Part shown: positions 14,991 to 28,166 of the stretch, in pieces
Position numbering within the stretch: position 1 is the first letter of the stretch
How the letters are laid out: each line of letters opens with the position of its first letter
DNA from: Octopus vulgaris
Lineage: Eukaryota
Reading direction: 5' to 3'
Assembly (NCBI GenBank): GCA_951406725.2
Contig: OX597814.1
Span: forward strand, 157,542,001 to 157,606,000
Length of the DNA stretch: 64,000 bases
Position numbers and translations under genes: made by a program
Notes under the pieces: generated by a model
Databases searched by the model: none
Told to the model about the DNA's origin: nothing
Seen by the model: only the letters and a program-made list of their open reading frames with translations

Positions 14991-15069
<79 letters not shown>

Positions 15070-15070
15070 A
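14859..15070. repeat. (ACT)n/(GCT)n trinucleotide microsatellite in the CTL intron
   Basis: Read directly. Confidence 0.95.
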
Positions 15071-15162
15071 AGACAATATATTTGCTCAAACATGTATCGA
15101 ATTATAACGAATGTCTACAAGGTGATTATTAATCAAATTTTTTGTTTTCCGTTTGTTTTCAG

Positions 15163-15395
15163 CTGCGGCGCATACAGATCAGTATTATATTGGATCAATT
15201 AGAGATCTTAACAAGAACGTCTTTGTATGGCAAACTGGAGAAGCACTAACATATTCTCGTTGGTTTTATCCTAATCCCTCTGGTGGAAATGAACACTGTG
15301 TTAGCATTGTGCCAAAGAAAGGTTTCGGATGGAATGACATTCCTTGTCACAACTCGAACATAGGGTGGCAAATATGCGAGATAGTTGTTCTATAA
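15163..15395 (+). CDS. C-type lectin domain terminal exon
   Basis: Acceptor tttgttttcag|, phase 1 matching the upstream exon. Frame YYIG...FVWQTG..LTYSRWFYPNPSGGNEHCV......WNDIPC......ICE, stop TAA at 15393-15395. Confidence 0.9.
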
Positions 15396-15421
15396 ATGTT
15401 TGGCAGAACGAAACGTAATTC

Positions 15422-15473
<52 letters not shown>

Positions 15474-15655
15474 TACACACATTCACACACACACATACAC
15501 ATACACGGACACACACTGTATATATATAAATAGTTATATATATATATATATATATATATACATACATATATATATACATATATACACACACGCGCGCTCG
15601 TACACACACACGAACGAACGAACACACACTCACAAACCCACACATGCACACACAA
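15422..15655. repeat. (CA)n/(TA)n microsatellite directly after the CTL stop codon
   Basis: Read directly. Confidence 0.9.
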
Positions 15656-16415
15656 ATGTAATGTTAACTTTGGTTGTGATTGGTCAGAAATTTACCATTG
15701 GTTTCACATCTCTTGTTGCTATTAGTAACACAAGCGATAAACCAGATGGAGGCACATAACGTCCTTACTAATGGAGATAGAAGTTTGAAAAAAAGTCTTA
15801 AACGAAATTCTTCGAGGGGAAAAAACCCTTCTTGGTGAAGTGGAGCTATTTCTCATTGACCAGTTTTAGCTGTGTCCGGACGAGTAGGCTTATGTACGAT
15901 TTCCGTTCACAAGTCAGTAGGCAAGGAATTCCATCTCTTGAACTAGTAATTTTCTCATAAGTGCATCTCACTTTCAAAATTTGTGAATACTCACCTAGGG
16001 ATTTCTGAAATTCAAAAAATGTTTTTATTTTGTCCTCTTATGCCGAAAGATTTGCATTGAAAGCATGGAATTCTCCGCTGATGAAAAACCGTATATGAAC
16101 TGACACAATTCAAATACAAGTGGAAATGGTCAAGGTGGAATGAATCCGTAGCACCCACAAGATTTTCCTTCGAAGAATGTCGTTTCAGGTTTTTTCTCAC
16201 AATCCAGACTGACTCATACTGTATTTTTAGTTCCGTTAGTAAAGTGGTTCTCTGCTTCAAACTAGCAAATCTGATGTGTCACTTATATTAAGAACGGTAA
16301 TACACGTGAAACTAATTGTAACGTTTTGGCCGGCCATATCCAGCGACTACGCAAAACATAATTCTTTTAAATATCTTTCAGAGTGTGCATATTGGTACTA
16401 ATGAACAAGCGACCG

Positions 16416-17006
<591 letters not shown>

Positions 17007-17019
17007 AAGAAAAAAGATT

Positions 17020-17398
17020 ATAGATACTTGGTGCATCTTATTTGTATCACAATGGAAACGTAATGCAAAAAGTGATACTTATAAGATTAAGGATAAAAAA
17101 AACCGGATCAACACATCAACCAGTTTCAAAATACAGTCCTGAAATTAGTTATTACGTAATTCAAGCCCGGAAAATATACTTACGTTTCCTTGGAGATACC
17201 CGGCAATATATGCTTTCTTACATCTACAATTGTTTGAATGTTGATGATTCAAACATGCTGTCGGATTGAAACATGTGTAGGGGATATTTTTTGGTTGCTT
17301 TGTTGATCCGTTTTCTTTTATCTTTATTCTTATATGTATCACTTTTACTTTGCATTACTTTTCCATTTTGATACAAATAAAATGAATCAAGCATCTAT
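17020..17398. mobile_element. Small foldback element with ~100-bp imperfect terminal inverted repeats and a degenerate hammerhead-like core
   Basis: 17020-17122 is the reverse complement of 17292-17398; internal ttgatga...gaaacatgtgta. Confidence 0.6.
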
Positions 17399-18329
17399 TT
17401 ATTTTTCTCCATTTTATTTTATTATCTTTATACTTTATTAGAGTGTTTATACATATATATTGTGAACCTTTCTTTCAATATACTTGATAAAGCCAGATTG
17501 CATCTGAATTGTTATTAGTAATCCCTTACTTATTAGGTGGTTTCTATAAAGACTGTTCTAGGTATTTACTTATGGAATTCTGGGGCGATAAATCATGCTA
17601 TATAATTATAAGCTAAGAATCAGAAACAAAAAATAGAAAAAAAGTTATGCAAAGATATATATACACATATTTAACTGTGCTCACATGCAAATATATGCAA
17701 ATATTTGTACATTATCATGGGTATGTTATAATCAACCCTCATAGACTTAAGTAACTAGAAGGTTTATAACTCTATTTAAGAATATTAACAACTTATAGGG
17801 GATAAGAGGTTTATTGGTAAAAGTATCAAAATAAGAAAACAAATTAAGAAATTGTAGAGACTAGTGAGAAAATATTTATAACTTACATTTTACAGAGACA
17901 GAGTTATAAAATTTGAGGAAGGGGAGAGATAAAGATAATCCCACAGAAGTAATAGGTATGGTAGTAGTGAGAGTAGTAGGGGATATTCAAAGCGAAGGGA
18001 TATTTTATATGTTATAAGGTTACCTTTGTTATTACATACATGATTTTATAGTTTCACAGGGGTATATAATTAGGAGGCTTACTCACATAAAAGCCATTAC
18101 ATAATACATAATATGATTAGTAGGGTAGAACATCATAGAAAGGAATAAATAATTTAGTCACCAAAAACATGATGAAGTCAGACTAACTAGGTAGGATTAT
18201 TCAAAGGACAGTAACTACATGTAGCATAACATAGTATATGCAATGCACTTTAATTCATCATATAACTCAATATCCCATGATTTTATTATATATAATACTC
18301 GGGGGTAAGTTCACATCAGATATGAAACT

Positions 18330-18720
18330 AAAAATTAATTTCCCCAATCTAGGCTGAAGTATAGCTCCTTCAAACGCAAATTTCGAAAATATTTAAATGC
18401 ACAGGTGACTCTATGTACGCATGATAGCCTTAGGTCTAATTATTATTAATCAGGCAAAATTCGTTTCCCCTTTCCTTCAGTTCCCAAATCTTGCTGGGTA
18501 AGGATGTACAATTGAGCCAATGTTTGAGCTTAAAAGATTTTAAAAAAATATCTATTGAACAACCTATATATATAAAGTTACCAGCTACAGTTGTGATTGT
18601 ATACTTATGGATTACGATTTGGATTAGACATCGGCCTATTAATGGACAGTGGGGTTTAACTCTACAATTGCAACTAGGAGAATTACTACTGTTAATATTA
18701 TTGATATTCATACCATTATT
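18330..18720 (-). mobile_element. Penelope-like element GIY-YIG endonuclease fragment
   Basis: CNCRVKPHCPLIGRCL...YIG...TSLPSKIWELK in ORF 18436-18825. Confidence 0.75.
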
Positions 18721-18756
18721 ATTATTAATATCACTATTATTGCTAATCCATATATG

Positions 18757-18802
<46 letters not shown>

Positions 18803-18843
18803 TGTATACATACATATATGTACATATATATATATATATATAT

Positions 18844-19807
18844 TAATGTAGGATAAAATTTTTTCGAAAAAAAAATTATCGATGGCCAGTATATTAAAAA
18901 TACCTTTAAAGGTTAAATTATAAACAACTTATAAATAAGGGCAAACGAAAAAATTTATAATGCCAAATATGCCGAAAATTGGACATAATGTCCATTTACC
19001 ATATAACTTTTTTCCAGTACGCACGCTACTCGAAAAGGGTCGACAGAAATCTCTTAAAAATTCCATTATTACCATATCGGAGCGATTTCAGGGTTATTTC
19101 AAAAAGAATCCTCCCTTCGTCAGTGATACATGGGGCAAAGAAGTAAATGAGATACTTACTCATACCCATGGAAGAAGCAAACACTAAGTCATGAGCACAA
19201 CTAAGTACCCCAAATAAATCCAAAATAGAAATACTCCGGCCCATTCAAGATACGTGCGATTTGAACTGAGGCACTCACAGAGTGGGACAGTCCGGAAGTG
19301 AACACTAAATTTATATCTAATGTAGGATAAAATTTTTTCGAAAAAAAAAATTTTATCAATGGCCAGCATATTAAAATTACCTTTAAAGTTTAAATTATAA
19401 ACAACTTATAAATAAGGGCAAACGAAAAAATTTCTCATGCCAAGTATGCCAAATTTTTTCGTTTGCCCTTATTTATAAGTTGTTTATAATTTAAACTTTA
19501 AAGGTATTTTTTATATGCTGGCCATTGATAAAAAATTTTTTTCCGAAAAAACTTTATCCTACATTAGATATAAATTTAGTGTTCACTTCCGGACTCTCCC
19601 ACTCTGTGAGTGCCTCAGTTCAAATCGCACGTATCTTGAATGGGCCGGAGTATTTCTATTTTGGATTTATTTGAAGTACTTAGTTGTGTTCATGACTTAG
19701 TGTTTGCTTCTTCCATGGGTATGAGCAAGTATCTCATTTACTTCTTTGCCCCATGTATCACTGACGAAGGGAGGATTCTTTTTGAAATAACCCTGAAATC
19801 GCTCCGA
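18844..19807 (-). mobile_element. Non-coding hammerhead-bearing retrozyme-like element 1 (X-Y-X, period 474 bp, plus inverted arm)
   Basis: Direct repeat 18844-18973 / 19318-19450. Inverted arms 19077-19433 / 19451-19807. Starts at a (TA)n tract. Confidence 0.75.
19070..19128 (-). ncRNA. Type I hammerhead ribozyme
   Basis: - strand reads UAUCA-CUGACGA-AGGG...CCCU-GAAA-UCG CUC CGA-UA-UGGUA. All three stems pair; predicted cleavage between 19075 and 19074. Confidence 0.82.
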
Positions 19808-20065
19808 GAATTATTTATGTTTAACAACTGAAAGAATTTAATAAAGGCATCTAAATATGAAACATCATGAAAGTTGTTCAAATTGAAGTTCTTCTTGAGC
19901 GTCACATTTTTCCATTTGAGACAATAGGGATTTCAGATTGTATTTATGGAATCTTGATTTACTGTCGGGTGAATTTTTGGCCAACCCTGTACACACACAC
20001 ACACACATATTTATACATATAAATATATATACACACACACTCACACACACATTTATATATACAAA

Positions 20066-20293
20066 ATAATATGAGAGAACAGAGAGGTAATTAATAAATT
20101 ACTATTCATTAATAAAAAATCTGACAAACTTCCCTTACAAATGTTTCAATTGAGACCCTCAAAAAATTAATTAATCAAATTAAAACTTATTTGTAAGTCG
20201 AATCTCTTCAGATGTAGATACCTACCTCTGATTGTCAATTTTTTTATTGAAAAATAACAATTTATTTTTTACTTCTATTCTCTCATCTTATTG
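20066..20293 (-). mobile_element. Small inverted-repeat-bounded element with degenerate hammerhead-like core
   Basis: Imperfect ~60-bp terminal inverted repeats; - strand ctgaaga...gaaacatttgta; stem I not recoverable. Confidence 0.4.
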
Positions 20294-20550
20294 TTATAAT
20301 AAATAAAAAATATATAAACCACGGTTTATATAGTTACCTTGAAGTTGAGTATTAATGTTCATTACTCCTTGTATAGGTAATTAGCCAGAACCTTCGATGT
20401 ATTCTGCTATCGCTGAATGAGGTTTGTAACCTTTAATTGTGCTTCTGTTATATATTTTTGTCTCTGCTTATTTTCCCTTATTCTTTTCTGATGAGAGCGA
20501 AGATTGTTGTTCATACACCAGTCTTCGTCGTTTATTTTTCTATCAATTCC

Positions 20551-20631
<81 letters not shown>

Positions 20632-20711
20632 CCTATATATATGGAAAAAGGACATATAAACACACACACACACACACACATATATATGTATTATATGTAT
20701 ATATGTATGTG

Positions 20712-20743
<32 letters not shown>

Positions 20744-20747
20744 ATGT

Positions 20748-20816
20748 AATAAATAAAATATATGCATACATACATACATATATGTACGTACCTACCTCTA
20801 CATGTATATATATACA

Positions 20817-20882
<66 letters not shown>

Positions 20883-22260
20883 AATACAGGACACCACAAA
20901 TAAACGTAGAACACAACGAGATACGAAAGCATAAAAACAACTAGGAAACGGACTTTTTTTAACAACGAAAAACAGAGTACAAGACAAACAATACAAGGAA
21001 TATTCCCCTTCATCAGCTGTCCCTGGATTGACTCAATGCGTGTTTCGAAGGTAGTTAGTTAGTTAGTTAGTTAGTTAATTTGGCTCAAAAGCAAATAGCA
21101 AGGCCATGTAGGGGGACATGGAGTTAAGTACAGGGTGGTGTTCATGTAAAGAGTTCAGGCCACTTGAGGTCCAGGGAGGCTTTGAACAAAGCGGTCGTCG
21201 GCATCTTCACCATCTCGTCTGGCAGCTTGTTCCACGGATCCGCAACCCGGACGGAGAAAGCTCCTCTCCTTCGATTGAGATGAAATCGTCGCAGGTAGAG
21301 CTTTTTGGAATGACCTCGCAGCTGACGCTCTGGAGCAGGAGTGAAGAACAGCTCTTTCGAGAGGTTACGCTTTCCGCTTATGATGTTGTGGACGAGAATG
21401 AGATCACCACGGCGGCGGCATTTTTCAAGAGAATAAAGGTCGAGCGTCCTCAGCCTTTCTTCGTAGGACAAATTTTTGAGACCATGAACCATGCGGGTAG
21501 CCAGCTTCTGGACTCTTTCGAGATGATGTATGTCTTTGAGGAGATAAGGAGAAGAGGCTTGAATCCCATACTCCAATATGGGTCTCACCAGCGTGACATA
21601 GAGTGGTAGGAATATGGCTGCTGTGAGCATTCCGAATGACCGTCGAATCAAGAACAGAATTCCGCGTGCTTTGTTGGCAGCATGGACGCACTGGGCCGAA
21701 GGCGAAAAGGATGAATCCACCAAGATACCCAGGTCCTTTACCTGATCGGTCCTCTCCAGCAGCAGACGACCCGGCTCGAAATCAAGTTGAGTTGCAGGAG
21801 TAGAGCCGACAGGCAGATGACAGCACTTTGACACGTTCAGACACAGGTCCCAATCGTTAGACCACTTCTAAATTTGGTGGAGGCATCGACGAAGATCCTC
21901 TATATTACCGCGAGGAGCGACCAGTTTGATATCGTCGGCAAATAGAAGGGTGTGTTGCGTGAGGTCGTCGGGCAAGTCATTTATGAAGACTAAGAACAAC
22001 AAGGGCCCAAGCACTGAACCTTGAGGCACGCCACTGCTCGCACTGGAGACGTCGGACCGCGAACCATTAACTTGGACTTGGAAGGAGCGATCTGAGAGGA
22101 AGGCACCAACCCATCTTACAATAACAGGTAAGGACAGAACACGCCCCGACGAACTAGTCCATGTAGATGTAGGTACGTACATATATGTATGTATGTATGC
22201 ATATATTTTATTTATTAAATTATTGTATGACTGAGCACCATCGCGTCGTTTCGTTTCTTT
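20748..22260. repeat. Inverted-repeat-bounded interspersed repeat interrupted by a CR1-type insertion
   Basis: About 20748-20804 is the reverse complement of about 22161-22217; LINE inserted at about 21051-22130. Confidence 0.55.
21051..22130 (-). mobile_element. CR1-group LINE, 5'-truncated, (AACT)n tail
   Basis: SGVPQGSVLGPLLFLVFINDLP, LFADDIKL, VRPILEYG, YEERL, RRRGDLI; tail (tagt)n at 21052-21078. Confidence 0.9.
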
Positions 22261-23439
22261 TCTCCAAGTAAGTTTATATATATATAGTTAATCACACCAC
22301 ATTTTTACTCTTAAAAATATTTTCATTCTAATTAAACAGCTACTCCTGTAGCTTTTTGAAGCGTACACACCAACTGCTTTTCATGCAATATCCATATCTC
22401 ACACCTCACTGCCAGTGAGCTTCTCTAGGTTTTCCATTCTCACATTTTGTTTCATCGGGGCACCGACCTTTTCGATATCCACAATAAAATTATTTGTCAA
22501 CAAATGTATTGAGTTGTTTTTTTGTTTTTTCTTTTTGAAGTAGTTGTATCTCATATATTGGACTTATGTAAATATATGCGTACAACCACACACACACGCA
22601 CGCACACATTCACATACACACACGCGCGCGGGCATGAATATATTATATGCAGAAAATTTCTCTTTCGTACGACGTCGAAATAGAGCATCACTGGTTTTGC
22701 AAGCGAAGGCGTAAAACTAATTCTTGGTGGTCACGTGACTGTTTAAAGCGTGGGCAGTATGATTTTAGCGCGCTTTTTACTGTGTGGACGGACTATAAAG
22801 ACTATTAGTGAACATGTTGCAGAGTTGCCTCCTGCTGGAAACCGATGTGAAAGGGTGGTTCGAAGTCTGCTGGAAGACCATGTGCGACATTGACGTGTGA
22901 TGTGCTGAGAAACCGATGCAAGTGGTCTTAAGATATAGTCGGTGCCATGCAATTGATGTGTGCGATGATGCCGGACAAATTCGTGTGGTACCGTTGACAC
23001 ACTATTTGGTGTCGTGTGTGAAGTTGGCTTCGGTAATTAATGTGAACAGTAAATTTGTCAAAATAAAGAATGCGGAATTGTACCGTGAATTTGGAAGTAA
23101 CAAATTAATCTAGTCGATAAAAAAAAAGGATTAAAAAATGAAATAGAAATTAGACCATTATATTGGTGAATAAAGGAAGAGCTCACCGAAAGAGGTCTAA
23201 ACATTTCAGAGGTAAATAAAATTATTCCCTAAAAACTCGTAACTAAACGCTCGTCGTCTCGACAAATATACACCATTTAAAAATCTCTTATAGTTATTTT
23301 CTGTGAATTGGAGCTTCTTTACTTTAGATAACTTCTAGTTCTTACGATGCTTAATTAAAAACACTGCTCTCTCGCTTTGCAAGCGAAGGCGAAAACATGC
23401 TTCTTGATGGTCGTTATAATTTCCATCTTAAACTGCAAT

Positions 23440-24380
23440 TTCAATTCAAAATCTTGTCAGCTCTTTTCTACAGCAATCGTCCCATTGCACTATTTAGGTG
23501 GAAGCAAGTTTCTGATTAGCATAATTGGGCATCTAATCCTTATCCTAAGAATGTGAGGTGGAAGCCTTGCTGGCTCCAATGAGTTAAGAAACTCAATAGA
23601 GTAATTGTTAATGTCTTTGGTGCCAGAGGTCCGATCCATCGATTTGTAGATGCGCTCCACACCCGGAATTCGGCTTATGAGCTGGTCTTTGATAGCACTG
23701 ACAACTACCTTTTGGGGGACCAGGATGGTTCTTTCACTGAGCAAATTGATGTCTTCATAATTACTTTCCAGATTGTGGAACACTGTTTCCAAAAGATCGC
23801 AAGGGTTGTCCACGGTGTTACAAATTTCAGACCTTCTCCAGGGGCTAAAATGTCATCAGCAAATGCTGCAGACATGCTATCACCAAGCAAGTGCGCACGC
23901 TTGTTTGTGCTTAGACTTAAGGTCTCAACCTAGAGCCACAATGTGGATGACTTAAGGCATGCGCGCACTTCATCAGCTCGGCTCCCTTTAGGGATGACAA
24001 GAAATTTTTGCTGGAAATCTCCTGAAAGCAATAGAGTTACTCCACCCATAAAAGCTCTAGAATCCCTGATACCTTTCAGTGACCAGTCCAGTGCCTCAAG
24101 GGCACCCTTATTGGTCATTGCGCATTGTCTATGAACTTCAGCTTCCTCTGAATTTTTGCCATTGTTGCAAGTGGGAACCGCGGCCCTCACCAAATGTAAA
24201 AGCATCTTGAATGCCGAGTGCACCGTCCTAACTCCCGGCAATAGCATAGCAGCGATTCCCGAGGAAGCAACAGCTAGCGCAATTTGTTTCGCGTGACGAA
24301 TATTAGCAAGTATTAATTGTGTTACAAAGGATTTATCGGTACCTCTAGCAGCATCGAGGAAAAAATTCCGCCCACCTGTT
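23440..24380 (-). mobile_element. Helitron PIF1-like helicase fragment
   Basis: FFLDAARGTDKSF (degenerate Walker A), AVASSGIAA, GGVTLLLSGDFQQ, EFLNSLEP..LPPH.L, PIMLIRNL. Confidence 0.85.
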
Positions 24381-24393
24381 TTTCAACGGCACT

Positions 24394-24572
24394 TGGAGGC
24401 CTAGAAAGTGCTCCACACTTAAGAGACCACCACACTCCACTTAAGGAGCGCGACACATTCCTGCTCCCACTCCAGAGAGATAACGGCAAGTAGTCCTCTC
24501 CTTGTGGTTAGTAAAGAAATAAGTATTAGTTGTTCACAATTTTAAATAGTCGGCTACACAAATTGGTGACCT
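24394..24572 (+). mobile_element. Possible LTR fragment followed by a primer-binding-site-like motif
   Basis: Ends ...ctacaCA followed by aatTGGTGACC. No internal coding sequence or second LTR seen. Confidence 0.3.
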
Positions 24573-24599
24573 GAAAGGTCGCCTTAAACAGCATACGTA

Positions 24600-25710
24600 G
24601 ACAGGGCCCCGGCTACGGCAAGCTGAACACGTCATTCAAGGTGTGCCAAGCTTACAGAAACCGCATTAAAGAATTAGTTCAGAAAACTTTGACGGAGGCA
24701 CCGTCAGCAATTAATGGTGATATAATCAAAAAAGTGCCATCAAAGTAGAATCAGCTAGATTTAGCAAAGTTTTAGATGTAGAAAGAAATAGATTTGAGGA
24801 AGATTTAGTAAGAAAGCTAAAAGTTGCGCTTAGAAAAGGCATAGCGAGTGACGTGCTGTCAGCGAGGTTTGACCTTCAACGCCAGGCACGAAGGTTGCAT
24901 TGTCAGAGCTAAGGCACGTGTTCTGAGAAAGAGATAACCAATGTTGCCCAATGGGCCCGGGTGGCTGAGACGCAAAATGACAACAAAAACACCATTTGGT
25001 TTTTGGTGGACCAAAATGGGAGCACGGTGAACGAGCCGGAGCAGATGTGTGCAGCTTTTCAGCAGCATTTTGTCGAATTGTTCGGAATGAAAAGTGGGCT
25101 TGATCGCAGGATGGATTTTACTGCTTACCGCGATGGCCTACCACGACACGTAACAAGAAAAGCGGAGGGCTGCGAATATCTGATAACAGTTGAGGAATGC
25201 TCGGGGGCAAATCACCGGGATTAGATGGTCTGCTCTAAGAGCTTTATTCTAGTATACCAGACTTGTTTGCAGGCCCCTTGTCAGATATCTACAACAACTT
25301 GCAACAGAAAGAGAATCTGTGAGCCGAGGATCCGTGCTACTGCTGAGAAAGGATCCAAACAAGGGGGAGGTTTAGATAATTTTAGGCCCATCACTCTGCT
25401 TAATGCAGACATGAAAATTTGGTCCGAAGTGTTAGTGAAGAGGTTAGCGCTGGTCGTCAAGAAACTGGTTGGAGACACACAAGCAGGCGCCGTCCCAAAC
25501 AAGTCCATCCATGACGCCTTATGCGCTACATCGTGGATAGGGCAGTTAAGAAGCCTGGCATTGGTGGGGCTCTAATCAATTTAGCTCAGTCAAAAATCTT
25601 TGATAGTGTGGACCATCAGTATCTGGTGGCTGTTCTCACAGCGGCTGGTTTCGGTCCGGTTTTCCGCTGCCATGTACAGCGACATCTACTCGGTAGTCCG
25701 GGTGAATGTG
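24600..25710 (+). mobile_element. Tx1/L1-clade ORF2 fragment, related to 67-1983
   Basis: NFRPITLLNADMKI, GALINLAQSKIFDSVDHQYL; many frameshifts. Confidence 0.85.
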
Positions 25711-25875
25711 TCCTTGTGTGTGTGTGTGTGAAATGTGCCTGTGTGTATATGGTTATGTGTTTTAATCTTCATTTGTGTATGTGTGTATGTTTGTGTGCTT
25801 GGCTGTCTGTATTACCTGTATACCTATCTATATGTTTGTCTATCTACAAACTTACATATCCATTTACCTACACAC

Positions 25876-25937
<62 letters not shown>

Positions 25938-26399
25938 GTAGCGCTACTTTATCCTGAAATTTTCACCTAAATTTCAGTAGGCGACTTTTAAAAACTTCCT
26001 ATGAAAAAAATCCATCAGATATTTTCTATGTATAAGCCACATCTAATAACGAAAGAAGTGCTGATTGGAGTGAGCGTAACAATGAATAATTGGCTCATTT
26101 ATTGAAGTCTGTTTATAATAACTAGAGAACACCAAGTAAACATTTAAACATGACTGAATATTGCCGCACAAATTATAAGATGTTCATGCATAACAAAAAT
26201 ACGTGATAAAATCAGTATAATGCGAGCTACGATAGCTAAAAGTGATAATTTATCATTTGGTCTTGATTAAAGACAATATATATATATAAATAGGCACTAT
26301 GTTATTTTGGATGTTGCAATCGCATGTTGGTTAAGTATGTAGTTATTAGAATGGCTAAGAAAGAGCGTGTAGTTCGTAATATAACGCAGAATGCACTAG

Positions 26400-26615
26400 A
26401 GTTCGGCAAATTGGGACTTTTTCCCACGCTATTTATAACAGTTTCAAGCAATCTCGAGTATAACCATAAGAAATTGCAAAGATAATCTGGAACTCGACTG
26501 AGGAAAGAAAATTCAGAATGACCCGTCCATATCTTCTTTGTAATTCCTATCTGGATGTTTTGTTGTTCCTTTCTTACATCACCTAACGATGTTTTGCGTT
26601 CTTGTACCATTTTGT
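26400..26615 (+). repeat. Unclassified interspersed repeat (copy 1)
   Basis: Shares ctcgagtataacca..gaaattgcaaagataatctggaactcgactgaggaaagaa with 28340-29088 and 41860-42875. Confidence 0.65.
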
Positions 26616-26694
26616 GTATGTATATATATATATATATATATATACTAGCATTAAAGACAAGTCGTTGCTGGGTCATAGTGCTAGTGCATGTATC

Positions 26695-26736
<42 letters not shown>

Positions 26737-27269
26737 TACATATTACATGTACATTTATATATATATATACATCTACACATAAAATACAAAATACAAAGTT
26801 ATATCTTGATATCGCTAGTGATAACAATATTCAAAATATATAACAGACTGGAATTGTTAGCCCGTCTCTTGTAATTTCGATCAATTGTATCTTTCCTCCT
26901 TCTTGTATAGAAGTGTGGCTACAATCCAGCCTATCTCTTCTTCTGGGGGAGGGGCATTTTAATTTTTTTCCCGGGACGTCCTACGTCCCAGATATAAAGG
27001 AAAAAATAAAATATTTCCACTTTGCAAGTTCTAGTCGAGTACTCCCTTACACGCTCTGTTGACTCGAATCTTGCTTCTATTGTGGCGAATTTACCGCCTC
27101 TGATTAGATATCTGTCATAGTCACACCAAGACACTTTTCGAAGGTGCTTTCCTCCATGTGTTCAAATCTTTTTTTCTCTACATTGTATACTTTATAGACA
27201 ATAGTCTTTTCTTTAATTTAATTTTTTATTATCCATTTCTGCAGACTAATTTTATTTTTAATTTATTCC

Positions 27270-27445
27270 CATTCATGGGCTCGCTCTAGGTAAGACGATG
27301 AACATTTTTTGCTCATGAAACTACATGGACCCTAAGTAAGGCATGTGTAAAATTTGAATGAAATTGGTTGTGTAGTTCTCAAGTTTTAGGGAAACACACA
27401 GACAGACAAACACACAATCTCAGTTTTATATATATAAAGATATAT
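27270..27445 (+). mobile_element. Possible Helentron-associated (DINE/HINE-like) non-autonomous element end
   Basis: aaatttgaatgaaattggttgtgtagtt...acagacagacaaacacac...ttttatatatata architecture. Confidence 0.35.
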
Positions 27446-27772
27446 ATATATATGTATATATATATATATGTGTGTATGTATGTATGTATGTATGTATGTA
27501 TGTATATATGTATATATATATATATGTATGTATATATATATATATATATTTATATATATAAACAAGAAGGGTAGTAATATTATTTACTACCAGGTGCCCA
27601 GCACAAAAGACGAATTAGTCATAAGACAAAAATATTATTCATATAGAAAAATATTATTCATGTGGTTATACAATTAAGGGCTCCTAAATAAAGATGCCGA
27701 GTGCTGGGAACACAAAAAAGGGGATGAATTTATCGAGAGTGAAAATCAAAAACGTTTACCGATAACTTTAAC

Positions 27773-27848
27773 AACTCGTACCGCGGTTTCTGCTTCTTTC
27801 TAGCAAAACACAGAATATGTTTGCTAAGGCTGGCTTCATCAGCGAGTC
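27773..27848 (-). ncRNA. Type I hammerhead ribozyme
   Basis: Reverse complement of 28091-28166. Confidence 0.8.
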
Positions 27849-28090
27849 GCCTGAATTTAATCGAGGTCTGCAGCGATGTGGGGCTATATGTTAAACCCGA
27901 CTACTAGCAGATCTTAACTTTTCAAATCTCTGCGCAGACGCAAAATTTACACGGGCATGCCGGGAAGAATTTTACGAATAAATTCATCATGTAGTATGCG
28001 AATATAAACAAGAAGGGTAGTAATATTATTTACTACCAGGTGCCCAGCACAAAAGACGAATTAGTCATAAGACAAAAATATTATTCAGGC

Positions 28091-28166
28091 GACTCGCTGA
28101 TGAAGCCAGCCTTAGCAAACATATTCTGTGTTTTGCTAGAAAGAAGCAGAAACCGCGGTACGAGTT
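28091..28166 (+). ncRNA. Type I hammerhead ribozyme with palindromic stem III
   Basis: GACUCG-CUGAUGA-[long stem II]-GAAA-CCGCGG-UA-CGAGUU. 6-bp stem I and GUA cleavage triplet; A-A mismatch at the base of stem II. Confidence 0.8.

Noticed and set aside
15690-16330. Possible DNA-transposon remnant (ORF 16012-16260)
   Set aside because: No recognisable catalytic motif or termini.
20488-20535. CTGATGAG followed by a hairpin
   Set aside because: No GAAA or stem III follows, so it is not a complete hammerhead.
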